Assembly (NCBI GenBank): GCA_039679675.1
Contig: JBDKUN010000033.1
Location: forward strand, 64,001 to 128,000
Reading direction: 5' to 3'
Source: Armatimonadota bacterium
GTDB taxonomy: Bacteria > Armatimonadota > UBA5829 > DTLH01
DNA: 64,000 nt
The position numbers and the translations under genes were made by a program. Positions 38,328 through 47,298 of this stretch are shown piece by piece (the stretch's first letter is position 1; each line of letters begins with the position of its first letter). Below the pieces are notes generated by a model. The model was not told the origin of the DNA. It saw nothing but the letters and a program-made list of their open reading frames with translations, and ran no database searches.

Positions 38328-39113
38328 CTACTTGGAGCCAAGTTTCAAATGGCCGATTGGTGTGCAGTCCAGGCACCTGATGCATTCGGCACTGTTAATA
38401 TCGTCAACCGGGTCAATATCGACCGGGCATTTCTTTGCGCATGCGCCGCAGTGAGTGCACTTGTTCATCGCAAGACGCATCCTGAAAATGGATATTCTAT
38501 TGAAAAGCGAGAATATAGCGCCGAGCGGGCAGAACATCCTGCAGAAGCCGCGAGTGACGAGTATCGTAAATATGAAGAACGCAGCCAGAATAGAGACCCT
38601 CACATAAAACATAAGGTTCATAGGAGATGTCTCGTGCAAAAACAGCCGGCGAGGAAGAGCTGATTCCAATGTCCCAGACGGGCAGAAATTACAGAATGAG
38701 TATGGTGCGCCGGGAAAGAAAAACGGCACGATAAATACCAGCCCGACAAGAACAAGATACTTTGTGTATCTGAGCGGCCGCGGGATCGAGAACTTTTTAA
38801 CAGGGATTTTTGATAATAAATCCTGCAGCAGCCCGAACGGACATATCCATCCGCAGACCAGCCTGCCGAGGAAAGCGCCGACCAGTCCGAGTATCCCTAA
38901 AGTGACGAATGGAATGATCCTGAACGTTGAAAAGTTCACGAGCACGCCGATAGGGCAGGCGAACATAGAGAGCGGACACGAATGACAGTAAAGCGCCGGA
39001 CAGCATATGGTCTTCAGATCAAAATAGGGAAGACCCAGGATCACTAGCGCGATAAACTGGCTCAGATAGCGCAATCTCGTTAATCGTTTAGTTTTTTTGA
39101 TTATGGACCCCAT
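38328..39113 (-). CDS. Membrane 4Fe-4S binding protein (NapH/MauN/YccM-like)
   Basis: CHSCP..ACPIG, CGWICPFG, CNFCPSG, FCRMFCPLG, CTHCGACAKKCP, CIRCLDC with TM helices. Confidence 0.88.
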   Translation of the reverse strand: MGSIIKKTKRLTRLRYLSQFIALVILGLPYFDLKTICCPALYCHSCPLSMFACPIGVLVNFSTFRIIPFVTLGILGLVGAFLGRLVCGWICPFGLLQDLLSKIPVKKFSIPRPLRYTKYLVLVGLVFIVPFFFPGAPYSFCNFCPSGTLESALPRRLFLHETSPMNLMFYVRVSILAAFFIFTILVTRGFCRMFCPLGAIFSLFNRISIFRMRLAMNKCTHCGACAKKCPVDIDPVDDINSAECIRCLDCTPIGHLKLGSK

Positions 39114-39119
39114 AATCAA
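39097..39119 (-). promoter_or_regulatory. Candidate bacterial SECIS element 2, overlapping the next start codon
   Basis: Perfect 10-bp stem TTGATTATGG-GGT-CCATAATCAA starting 15 nt after the UGA. Confidence 0.65.
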
Positions 39120-39128
39120 TCCTCTCTA

Positions 39129-39419
39129 TTACAGTCAAGTAGGGCACGCTTTGCCGCCGGATTTGGACTTTCCGGACTTTTTGTTATCTTTGGATATACT
39201 CGGATTTTCAGCAGGAACTTCCAGCTTTCCGTCTTTGCCGCGGATAACGCTATGGGTCAGGCTGAGTTCCGTTATGGTGAACTCGCTTTTTGAGGATTTT
39301 CCTGCATTGTATTTGACGAAAAAGGTGGAATACAGGATGATCCCCGCGAAGATAACCAACAGGGCAATAAGGAGCAAGGGGCGCGTGCTTCGATTTGTAG
39401 TGATATTCTCTTCGGACAT
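39129..39419 (-). CDS. Putative small membrane-anchored selenoprotein (96 aa, C-terminal CPTU-L)
   Basis: Single TM; reads TGC CCT ACT TGA CTG TAA TAG, a CxxU motif followed by a tandem stop; SECIS-like hairpin downstream. Confidence 0.7.
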
Positions 39420-39567
39420 GCTTCTATCCCCTTTAGCATCTACTGAGTTTCAGGTGTCACCCGAAACTCTCCCGAAAGATTTCGGTAATAGTTGGTATAT
39501 GGTTGGTCTCTAATTGAACAGCCGAAAATTACAGTAGCGACATTACAACAACCGCATCTACATAAAA

Positions 39568-39596
39568 AGTCTATTCCCCAAACCGGCTGTTGTCAA
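39568..39596 (-). promoter_or_regulatory. Sigma70-type promoter of the selenoprotein operon
   Basis: Minus strand TTGACA-17-TAGACT. Confidence 0.65.
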
Positions 39597-39692
39597 TACC
39601 GTATTTAAGACTATCACATCCTATATGAGTCACAGTAGAGATTAACACTAATATATATGTGATGAATATTGTGCGGAGTGTCACAAAAAATA

Positions 39693-39721
39693 TTGACAGG
39701 TGTAGTTGACTCACATATACT
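39693..39721 (+). promoter_or_regulatory. Sigma70-type promoter of the divergent large gene
   Basis: TTGACA-17-TATACT. Confidence 0.7.
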
Positions 39722-39768
39722 GAAACTACTTGCAATAGATGAGCTGGTAGTCTGGGAGGATCGTATCC

Positions 39769-42700
39769 ATGCGTTGGGTTGCTGCGATAGTGCTTATTCT
39801 GCTTGCTTCTGGTGTAGCTGCTGCGGCTGATGGTATTGATAGAGCTTCTCTAATGGCGGAAGGCCAGAAAGCCGAACTCGCCGGCAAGTGGTTGGATGCC
39901 GCTTTGGCATATTCCGGAATCCTTGTCGAATCTCCTGATGACCCTGAGATCAACCTGAAAGTGGCAGAAATGCTTATAGGGCTAAATTGGCCGGAAGATG
40001 CAGCTTCGTTTCTTGTAAAAGCACTTGATTCACTTAATAGTGACCCCGGAGCATCAAACGAGCTCAAAATGCAGGTCTGTGATGCTCTCATGAACCGTTT
40101 GCCGGCTGCATTGACATCCAGAAAAGATTATAAATGGAACTCCTATAATGCCCCATTCGATACTTTGCCGCAAGCTGAGAAGATAAGAATATATAGATCA
40201 GTACCCCATGACTGGTTGATAAAATCTAAACTACAAGAAGCATATTTACTTCGAAGTGTATCGGAATATGAAAGAGCAGACTCTCTGGCGCATGCGGCGA
40301 TTATTGAAGGCGATTGGCAATGGGGTGCGGCATACCTGTCAAGCTCCGGCCTGGATAACTTTAACCGCGAGTATCTGCTAAACAAGTGGCGAAAAGAAGC
40401 TGAAAGGACCGACAACCCGATGCTTTGGATAGTGCTTTCCGCTGCTTACGCTCGCACAGCGCGAACCGCGGCTTTTTTCGATACATTTCCACGCGTAATA
40501 AAAGCTGTAAAAAAGTTTGATGAGATGCTGGTCGAGTTGCAGGGAATCTGTGAAGAGTTGAAGTGGGATGATGGTGTTAGTAGAGTCAAAAAGCTATTAC
40601 CACCTCCGATCAGTAAGGAAGAGCCAATCAGCCAAAAAGAGCCAATCAGCCAGATAGAACCAAAAGTTGATCCCTGTCCCAAGTTAAGCAAAGCTGTAGC
40701 TGAAAAGAACCTGAAGCAGGCGGAATTAATCGTGTCGAAGCTTCAGGAGGACAGCCCCAGGCTGCTGAAAGAAGCCGGTACCCCGGAGTTACTTGAAGCA
40801 ATGCTTGTGAATGGTTGGGATGACCTTGCGTTAAAGATAGCACCTCACAGCAACGACCCATATGAATTTTCCCCTGTTGTGATACCTATGATCAAGACAT
40901 CGTTATATAATCGGCCCCAATTAGAGAATCGAATCAAGAATATCCTGAATTACCATTTACCTGAGCAAGTCGCGGAGAAAGTGGAGGAAGTAATCCACGC
41001 TCGTTCTTCTCATTATGATGAAGAACCACAGGATGAAAGGGTCTGGTACCTCGAAAATACTGTAAATTTACTGCCTGAACACACTGTTTTAACGGAATTA
41101 TTGATTGATGAATATGAAAATGAAGGTTATTCCCCGAAGGCGTTCGATGTCGCAATCAGAGCAGCAAAGCTTCCCGGAAAGATAGAAAGTCAGGAATCGC
41201 CGCTGATTACCTACGCAAGAAACTACAATCAATCAAAGGAATCAAATGATAAGTTATTCGAAACCAGGAAACAGCTTTCGGTAGACGAACTTCTTGGTAT
41301 AGCAGCCGAATGTAATGAAAATCAGAATCCGGCCGAGGCGATTCGTTGGATCGATGAGGCAATATCGGTTTCGATAAGCCGGTATTACACGAAAAAGGCG
41401 GCATCAGTCGTACCGGTCTATCCGAATATTCCGCAGAATGAATTGAAAGAAATAGCCTCCAGCACAGAGAATGGCAATAACCCGTTCAGCGGCGGCATCT
41501 ATCGGCTCAGGCTTGATTGCCTGGGTAAGCTCGGACGCAAGAATGAAGCACGTCTCGTGCTTAGTGAGGCAAAAAAGCTTTATCCTAACGAGGATTTCGA
41601 GAATTCTCCAAAAGAGCAGAAAGTTTCAGAAAAACCCGAGTCCGTGATCAGTATTCCGTCCTTGTCAGGCAGTGCCTTTCCCGGTATTTTGCCTATATGC
41701 GCTGTACCAGTGCCGGCTGACCCCGCAGATAACCTTCTCTATCTTAAAGAGCAGGTTAGGGCTGCAGGGCTTCCAAATTCAAATGTCAGCATTCATTACG
41801 CGGTTACGGATCTGGCAAACGCGCTTGCAAAATCATCCGCCAATGAGAACATTGATGTTTTGGCAAGGCAACTGCTGCCGCTAATGCCGAGGTATCAAAA
41901 ACTTCTTGTTTTGTCTGTGGATTTATTCAGGAACCGAATGTCTGCTGTAATTCCACTTGCAAGATGTACATTGTATATTGACAAAAGTTCAAAAGATGGT
42001 CAATTTACAGCTACTTGCTATTGCGCCAGTGCGATTGCCAGGACCGGCGATAATGGATTAGCCTGTGCGTACGCGTTGGCAGCCACTTTAATAGAACCCA
42101 ATCTTTCGCCACTTGATAAATTCTGGAACAAGGCTCCTGCAGGGGGCTGGTATAATTCGTTACCCAAGGCAGATTACGATGAGTTGATGGTACTGCTGGC
42201 CGAAGATCTGCCACACGGCTACCCTTATGATTATGTGAAGGGTATTCCCATAATAAAGCTGGGTGATTTGTATAGGCAGTATTTGGATAGAGTATACCGC
42301 TTAACGGGCACGCTCCGTTCTGAACTCAATCAGAATTCTCTGAATCGGTCCTCATTGCGCATTGACCGGGGGCTCGATGAATTGAGCAAAGGTAATAGAG
42401 ATTGGAAACCATTCACAGCAGCGGATGCTCGCGAACTTGCTGTTTGTATGTTTCAGGAAGGGATGAAAGCCCAGGCAATAAGGTTCCTCGATATCGTTAT
42501 TGCAAATATTGATGAAAATGAAAAACCAAAAGTAATAGAGTTATCGCAAAGGATCAGAGAATTAGATGAGCTTGCTGTGATAGTAACTCCTTACACTCTT
42601 TCGCCTGCCGTAACGGAGTTGCTGGACTCTGGAAAACGCAATGATGCATGGAACTTATGCTGTAAATTCTTCGAAGAAAATGAAATTGTGGAATATAGGG

Positions 42701-43503
42701 CAAAAGCTTTATCCGAAATGGTTAGAATCGATCCGCATAAAGCATTCAGGCTCATAAACACATACATTCCTAATATGCGAATAGGTAATAATGGTCTGTA
42801 TTATATCAACGCTGCAGTTTACCAGCTTCTCCGCAGTGATCCAAAATCAGCAGTGAAAGCGCTACCTGTGTTGAAACGATTGGTAGAAATCAGTAAATAT
42901 GGAACCGAAAACTGTGCCCGTAAATATGGAGCCGAAAACTGTGCTCGTCGCAACTACGCATTGGCGTTGATTCTTGCAGGCCAAAATGATAAGGGTATCG
43001 ATATTTTGTTCCATTTGGATGACCCGCTTTATCATGCATTTAGGATTATAGATGATGCCTGCATACCGAAAAAAATACGGCTTGTTGTTTCAAACGGCTT
43101 AAAAGAATATTTGCGCACCGAGAAACCAAGTATAGCTGGTCTATCGGAAGTGCTGGGGGGGTATGGTGGAGCAACCTCGCAGGATGGCGTTGTTCTTATA
43201 ATGGACTACCTCTCGGAATATATAAGAGACAGAGATTGTTTCATTACAGAAGAATTCATCCAGAAGGTTTATAATGTTCAGTTCAGTTTTATTAGTGATA
43301 AGATTGAACCTGAAGTAAAGGATACCGTATATACCTTTTTTAAAACGGTTATTCTGAAAGCAGCAGCCACTCCGGGAGATAAAAGGGAGTTGGGTGCATG
43401 GTTGCTTAACAGATCTGAAGGTCCTATTTGCATGGGCTATGGTACAACGAAACAATTCAAACAATTGTATAATTTCGCCATTAATCTTTATAACGGAGGA
43501 TAA
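39769..43503 (+). CDS. Large secreted alpha-helical/TPR-like hypothetical protein (1244 aa)
   Basis: Signal peptide, GGAGG SD, TPR-like segments, lower GC, short internal tandem duplications. Confidence 0.7.
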   Translation: MRWVAAIVLILLASGVAAAADGIDRASLMAEGQKAELAGKWLDAALAYSGILVESPDDPEINLKVAEMLIGLNWPEDAASFLVKALDSLNSDPGASNELKMQVCDALMNRLPAALTSRKDYKWNSYNAPFDTLPQAEKIRIYRSVPHDWLIKSKLQEAYLLRSVSEYERADSLAHAAIIEGDWQWGAAYLSSSGLDNFNREYLLNKWRKEAERTDNPMLWIVLSAAYARTARTAAFFDTFPRVIKAVKKFDEMLVELQGICEELKWDDGVSRVKKLLPPPISKEEPISQKEPISQIEPKVDPCPKLSKAVAEKNLKQAELIVSKLQEDSPRLLKEAGTPELLEAMLVNGWDDLALKIAPHSNDPYEFSPVVIPMIKTSLYNRPQLENRIKNILNYHLPEQVAEKVEEVIHARSSHYDEEPQDERVWYLENTVNLLPEHTVLTELLIDEYENEGYSPKAFDVAIRAAKLPGKIESQESPLITYARNYNQSKESNDKLFETRKQLSVDELLGIAAECNENQNPAEAIRWIDEAISVSISRYYTKKAASVVPVYPNIPQNELKEIASSTENGNNPFSGGIYRLRLDCLGKLGRKNEARLVLSEAKKLYPNEDFENSPKEQKVSEKPESVISIPSLSGSAFPGILPICAVPVPADPADNLLYLKEQVRAAGLPNSNVSIHYAVTDLANALAKSSANENIDVLARQLLPLMPRYQKLLVLSVDLFRNRMSAVIPLARCTLYIDKSSKDGQFTATCYCASAIARTGDNGLACAYALAATLIEPNLSPLDKFWNKAPAGGWYNSLPKADYDELMVLLAEDLPHGYPYDYVKGIPIIKLGDLYRQYLDRVYRLTGTLRSELNQNSLNRSSLRIDRGLDELSKGNRDWKPFTAADARELAVCMFQEGMKAQAIRFLDIVIANIDENEKPKVIELSQRIRELDELAVIVTPYTLSPAVTELLDSGKRNDAWNLCCKFFEENEIVEYRAKALSEMVRIDPHKAFRLINTYIPNMRIGNNGLYYINAAVYQLLRSDPKSAVKALPVLKRLVEISKYGTENCARKYGAENCARRNYALALILAGQNDKGIDILFHLDDPLYHAFRIIDDACIPKKIRLVVSNGLKEYLRTEKPSIAGLSEVLGGYGGATSQDGVVLIMDYLSEYIRDRDCFITEEFIQKVYNVQFSFISDKIEPEVKDTVYTFFKTVILKAAATPGDKRELGAWLLNRSEGPICMGYGTTKQFKQLYNFAINLYNGG

Positions 43504-43516
43504 ACTGGAGGTAACG

Positions 43517-44308
43517 ATGAGACTTGTAGCTTGTATGGTAGCAGTAGTAATGACATTGGGTGGGGCGGTTATGGCGCAGCAAGCATTTGTGCAACCTACG
43601 CCGCTCACTTTCCGCGTTACGGGGCAGGCTGAGGCTATGCCTGAGTATGCCGTTATACGTATTGCGGCTGATGGAGAAGGAGAGACATTAACAAAAGCCC
43701 AGGGTATGCAGACCCTGGTAGAGAATCGTATCCTGAATGTACTGGACAAGTACGGCATCAAAAGAAATGCCATTCAGACGTATAAGTTCGATGTGACACC
43801 TATACTTCCGGCATCAAACTCATCATCATATTCGTCGTCAAGGTCATCATCAGATGGTATGGCCCAAGTTGGATACAATGTTAGGCGCGAGTACAAGATC
43901 ACGATACCGGTCAATATAGAATCGCTCGACAAGCTGCTGGAGATTACCGATGCGTGTTTGAAGGAAGGCGCGAAGCTGTATCTGCCATTTGACTCATCCT
44001 CCGGATCCTGGAGCAGTAGTCAGAAGAATACCTCGATTATAGAGTTCATGCAGATTGATACGACAGCACTTACGCAGAAGGCTATGAACGATGCAATCGC
44101 ACGTGCACGTAAACTCGCTGAAGATGCAGCCAAGGGGATGGGCAAGACAAGTGCCAATCTTGTAAAAGTGCAAATGATTGGTTCGCAAAACACAACTACT
44201 ATGCGGACATCAAGCAGTAGTTATGATTATACTCCGATAACCACAGTACCTGCTTGGGAACCGATTAAGGTATCCGTTACGGTAGAAACATCTTTCTCCT
44301 GTGACTAA
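43517..44308 (+). CDS. SIMPL (DUF541) domain protein
   Basis: Signal peptide; VTGQAEAMPEYAVI; AMNDAIARARKLAE; C-terminal VSVTVETSF. Confidence 0.8.
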   Translation: MRLVACMVAVVMTLGGAVMAQQAFVQPTPLTFRVTGQAEAMPEYAVIRIAADGEGETLTKAQGMQTLVENRILNVLDKYGIKRNAIQTYKFDVTPILPASNSSSYSSSRSSSDGMAQVGYNVRREYKITIPVNIESLDKLLEITDACLKEGAKLYLPFDSSSGSWSSSQKNTSIIEFMQIDTTALTQKAMNDAIARARKLAEDAAKGMGKTSANLVKVQMIGSQNTTTMRTSSSSYDYTPITTVPAWEPIKVSVTVETSFSCD

Positions 44309-44355
44309 TGGTAAAATATCCCTCCGAGTCCACACCGGAGGGCTAACCTCTCCAT

Positions 44356-44384
44356 TTGACAGCAGGGTGCTGCCGGGATAGAAT
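44356..44384 (+). promoter_or_regulatory. Sigma70-type promoter, likely near-leaderless transcript
   Basis: TTGACA-17-TAGAAT ending 9 nt before ATG 44394. Confidence 0.6.
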
Positions 44385-44393
44385 TTGACTACG

Positions 44394-46421
44394 ATGAAGA
44401 CTCCTTCTAAACCCACACATGCACCCGGACTGTTCACAGCGGTGCTCGTGATCGCTTTACTGGTTCTGGCTCCGTTCATCGGCGGCAGGGATTCGGTGAT
44501 CGAGACTGCTCTTTTGGCTTCGGTCGCGCTGATCGCCTTAGGAACGATGATTCTCAGCCATCGGTTTAGCAATCCCATCGGTGTATGGCCGTTTGCCGTA
44601 TTTGTCGGGCTTATTGCGGCATCATCCATAGTCACCGTCAGCCTCCATGCCACCATTGAGCAGACTTTATACTTCGCCGCGTGTGCTGCAGCGGCGATAG
44701 CTGCATCGTCGTCTCTTCGGAGCGACAAGAGGTTCGTCACTGCGCTCCTTGCGCTTACCGGAGTGGGGCTGGTGCTCGGAGCTATGGCCGTTGTGGAGTA
44801 TTGGGAGTCAGGTAACGGCTGGCGGGTGTTCGGCCCGTTTTATAACCCCGGCTACTTCGGCGGTTACCTCGTAATGATCGTCCCGGTGGCGCTTGCCGTT
44901 TTTCTCTCAAGCCGGTCGGCGGCTGTGGCAGCAGGAGGCGGACTTGCCTTTGGGTTTTCCTTCGCAGCACTGCTCCTTACAGGGACCCGTTTCGCACTTG
45001 TTTTCTCTCTGGTCTCGATCATTCTCTTCTTCATTCTTGCAATATTATGCAGAGCAATCAGAAAAAAACAGTTGATCCATATTGCAGTCGCGGTGCTCAT
45101 CGCTCTCGTTGCAGTTTCTTTATGCAGAACTACGGTAGAAAGCCGTGTCGAGGGCAAAGCTGCTGCTCAGCAGTCCCACTCGTTCCCATTCAGGGTTGCG
45201 ACTTGGAAAGGGACAGCGAATATAGTACGCAAGCACCCGGTTCTGGGGACCGGCGCAGGGACATTCGAACTGGTATTCCAGCAATATATGGTCGCGGGCT
45301 ATACCCGTGTTGCGCATAACAGTTACCTGGAACTCGCCAGTGATGCCGGAGTTCCTGCTCTTGCCGCAGGTGCTGCGGCGTTCGGCATATTGTTCTTTGC
45401 CGGTCTCAAAAACCTGCGCCGCGAAGATGATGAAGGGGACAAATCCCAATTCCTTCTGCCGCATGGAGCGGTGCTTATGGCGTGCGCTCTGGCAGCGGCG
45501 CTTGTCGGGGCGCTTGCCCGAAACCTTTTCGATTCGGATATTTACAACCCTGGAATAGGGTTCACTTTCTGGACGCTGGCGGGCGTACTCGCAGCCCGTG
45601 CCCCTGTCAAAACAGAAGCCAAACCATCAGTAGCAGCCCGTGCCGGGACAGCCGCTCTGATTGGTGTGATGATAGTCATGTGGTCGCTTTTTGCAATGGC
45701 CAGGCATTCAGCTGACGCAGCGATGGAGTCGATAAAGTCCGGCGATCTTGCCGCAGGTATCGATTATCTTCGTTCGGCGGCTGTTTATGATCCTCTCTGC
45801 GGCGAATACCGGATGCAGCTTGGGCAGACACTTGTGTATGCGTCCGGTAATGATGAAGCCCAGTGGAAAGAAGAGGTTTCATCGCTTAATAAGGCTATCA
45901 GTCTGGAACCGACAAGAGCGCGGAATATGATCGCACTTGGCCGGATTTTACGCGCAAAAGGCGACGATAACGGCGCAATCCGTATGTTCGGAAAGGCACT
46001 AATTGCGGACCCACATGCCACACCTGCAATGGTGGCAATGGCGGAGATCTGGAAACAATCGAAAGAGACGCTGTCTGAAGCCGAGCTGATGTACGAGCGG
46101 CTCATAGATCAAGAAAAAAGCCCTGTCGAGGAGCTTCGAGGTGTGCCGGAAATTGTCAACCCGGACTATGTCTGGGCCCATTTCTACTTTGGAACGAAAT
46201 ATCTCTCGGATAAAGACTGGAATGATGCAGAAGAACAGTTCAGCGCCGTAATTGAAAGGCTTGAGCTCAGAGAATCATACACAGTCCAGCGGCAGGCAGC
46301 TGAGGCATCAGGGATGGTCGATTCCGCGGAGGAATCTGCTCTTAATAGCGTGCTGCAGCGCTCAAAAGACGGGCTTGCCAAGGCAAAAGAGAATGAAGTG
46401 AGGGCAGACGATGCCCGCTAA
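44394..46421 (+). CDS. O-antigen ligase family protein with C-terminal TPRs
   Basis: GPFYNPGYFGGYL, LTGTR, R..TW..HPVLGTGAGTF, AHNSYLE; TPR tail. Confidence 0.88.
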   Translation: MKTPSKPTHAPGLFTAVLVIALLVLAPFIGGRDSVIETALLASVALIALGTMILSHRFSNPIGVWPFAVFVGLIAASSIVTVSLHATIEQTLYFAACAAAAIAASSSLRSDKRFVTALLALTGVGLVLGAMAVVEYWESGNGWRVFGPFYNPGYFGGYLVMIVPVALAVFLSSRSAAVAAGGGLAFGFSFAALLLTGTRFALVFSLVSIILFFILAILCRAIRKKQLIHIAVAVLIALVAVSLCRTTVESRVEGKAAAQQSHSFPFRVATWKGTANIVRKHPVLGTGAGTFELVFQQYMVAGYTRVAHNSYLELASDAGVPALAAGAAAFGILFFAGLKNLRREDDEGDKSQFLLPHGAVLMACALAAALVGALARNLFDSDIYNPGIGFTFWTLAGVLAARAPVKTEAKPSVAARAGTAALIGVMIVMWSLFAMARHSADAAMESIKSGDLAAGIDYLRSAAVYDPLCGEYRMQLGQTLVYASGNDEAQWKEEVSSLNKAISLEPTRARNMIALGRILRAKGDDNGAIRMFGKALIADPHATPAMVAMAEIWKQSKETLSEAELMYERLIDQEKSPVEELRGVPEIVNPDYVWAHFYFGTKYLSDKDWNDAEEQFSAVIERLELRESYTVQRQAAEASGMVDSAEESALNSVLQRSKDGLAKAKENEVRADDAR

Positions 46422-47298
46422 TGGGATTATTGTGCATTGCCGCGCTAAAATCAACCTGACGCTCGATATTCTCGACAAGAGGCCGGACGGATACCATAAT
46501 TTAAAGAGCGTTATGCAGTCCGTCGATGTAGTGGATACGTTGCGTATCGAAAAAAACACCGCTGGCTCTATAAAAATCACAGCCAGCCTGCCCGATCTTC
46601 CGACAGGCCCCGGAAACACTGTATATTCTGCTTCCGAACTCTTCTTTTCGGCTGCAGAGATCAACAGTGGCATCACGATCTTCATCGAAAAACGTATTCC
46701 ACATCAGGCAGGGATGGGGGGAGGCTCAAGCGATGCAGCTGGAGCGCTTTTAGGCCTCAACAAGCTGTTCGGTTCTCCTCTTTCCTTGGCTGAACTGACC
46801 GATCTTGCCGCTCAGATAGGGTCGGATGTCCCGTATTTCCTGTATGGAGGAACCGCTGTAATCAGTGGGCGGGGAGAGATCGTAGAGAAGCTGCCTGATG
46901 CGCCGAAACTCGACCTCGTGGTCGTAAAACCTGATGTTGGCGTTCCGACAGCCTGGGCGTATAAGCAGTTAGCAGAAACAGACCGGCTGAGATCATCTGC
47001 TTCTACTGACTTTATGATCGACGCGATAAAGAGGGGAGACAGAGCAGCAGTCATAGGCAATATATCGAACGACTTCGATGATATTGTCGCTATGGAGTTT
47101 TCTGAGATCGCAGAGATCAAAAACAGGCTTTTGTCGCTTGGCGCGGAGCGGGCGATGCTTTCTGGAAGCGGCGCAGCGGTTTTCGGCGTGTTTGATAGCT
47201 CAGATGAAGCCGCCGAAGCTGTCGAAATGTTGAAAACGGATTATCCTTTTGTTGTGGCAACTGCTGCCACGGCAGAAGCTGTATGTATGGAGATGTAA
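46411..47298 (+). CDS. ispE: 4-diphosphocytidyl-2-C-methyl-D-erythritol kinase
   Basis: AKINLTL..RPDGYH, KRIPHQAGMGGGSSDAA, GSDVP, LSGSG. Confidence 0.96.
   Translation: MPANGIIVHCRAKINLTLDILDKRPDGYHNLKSVMQSVDVVDTLRIEKNTAGSIKITASLPDLPTGPGNTVYSASELFFSAAEINSGITIFIEKRIPHQAGMGGGSSDAAGALLGLNKLFGSPLSLAELTDLAAQIGSDVPYFLYGGTAVISGRGEIVEKLPDAPKLDLVVVKPDVGVPTAWAYKQLAETDRLRSSASTDFMIDAIKRGDRAAVIGNISNDFDDIVAMEFSEIAEIKNRLLSLGAERAMLSGSGAAVFGVFDSSDEAAEAVEMLKTDYPFVVATAATAEAVCMEM

Noticed and set aside
38328..39419. Sec-mediated fusion of the small membrane protein to the 4Fe-4S protein
   Set aside because: The two are in the same frame, but TAA TAG follow one codon after the TGA.
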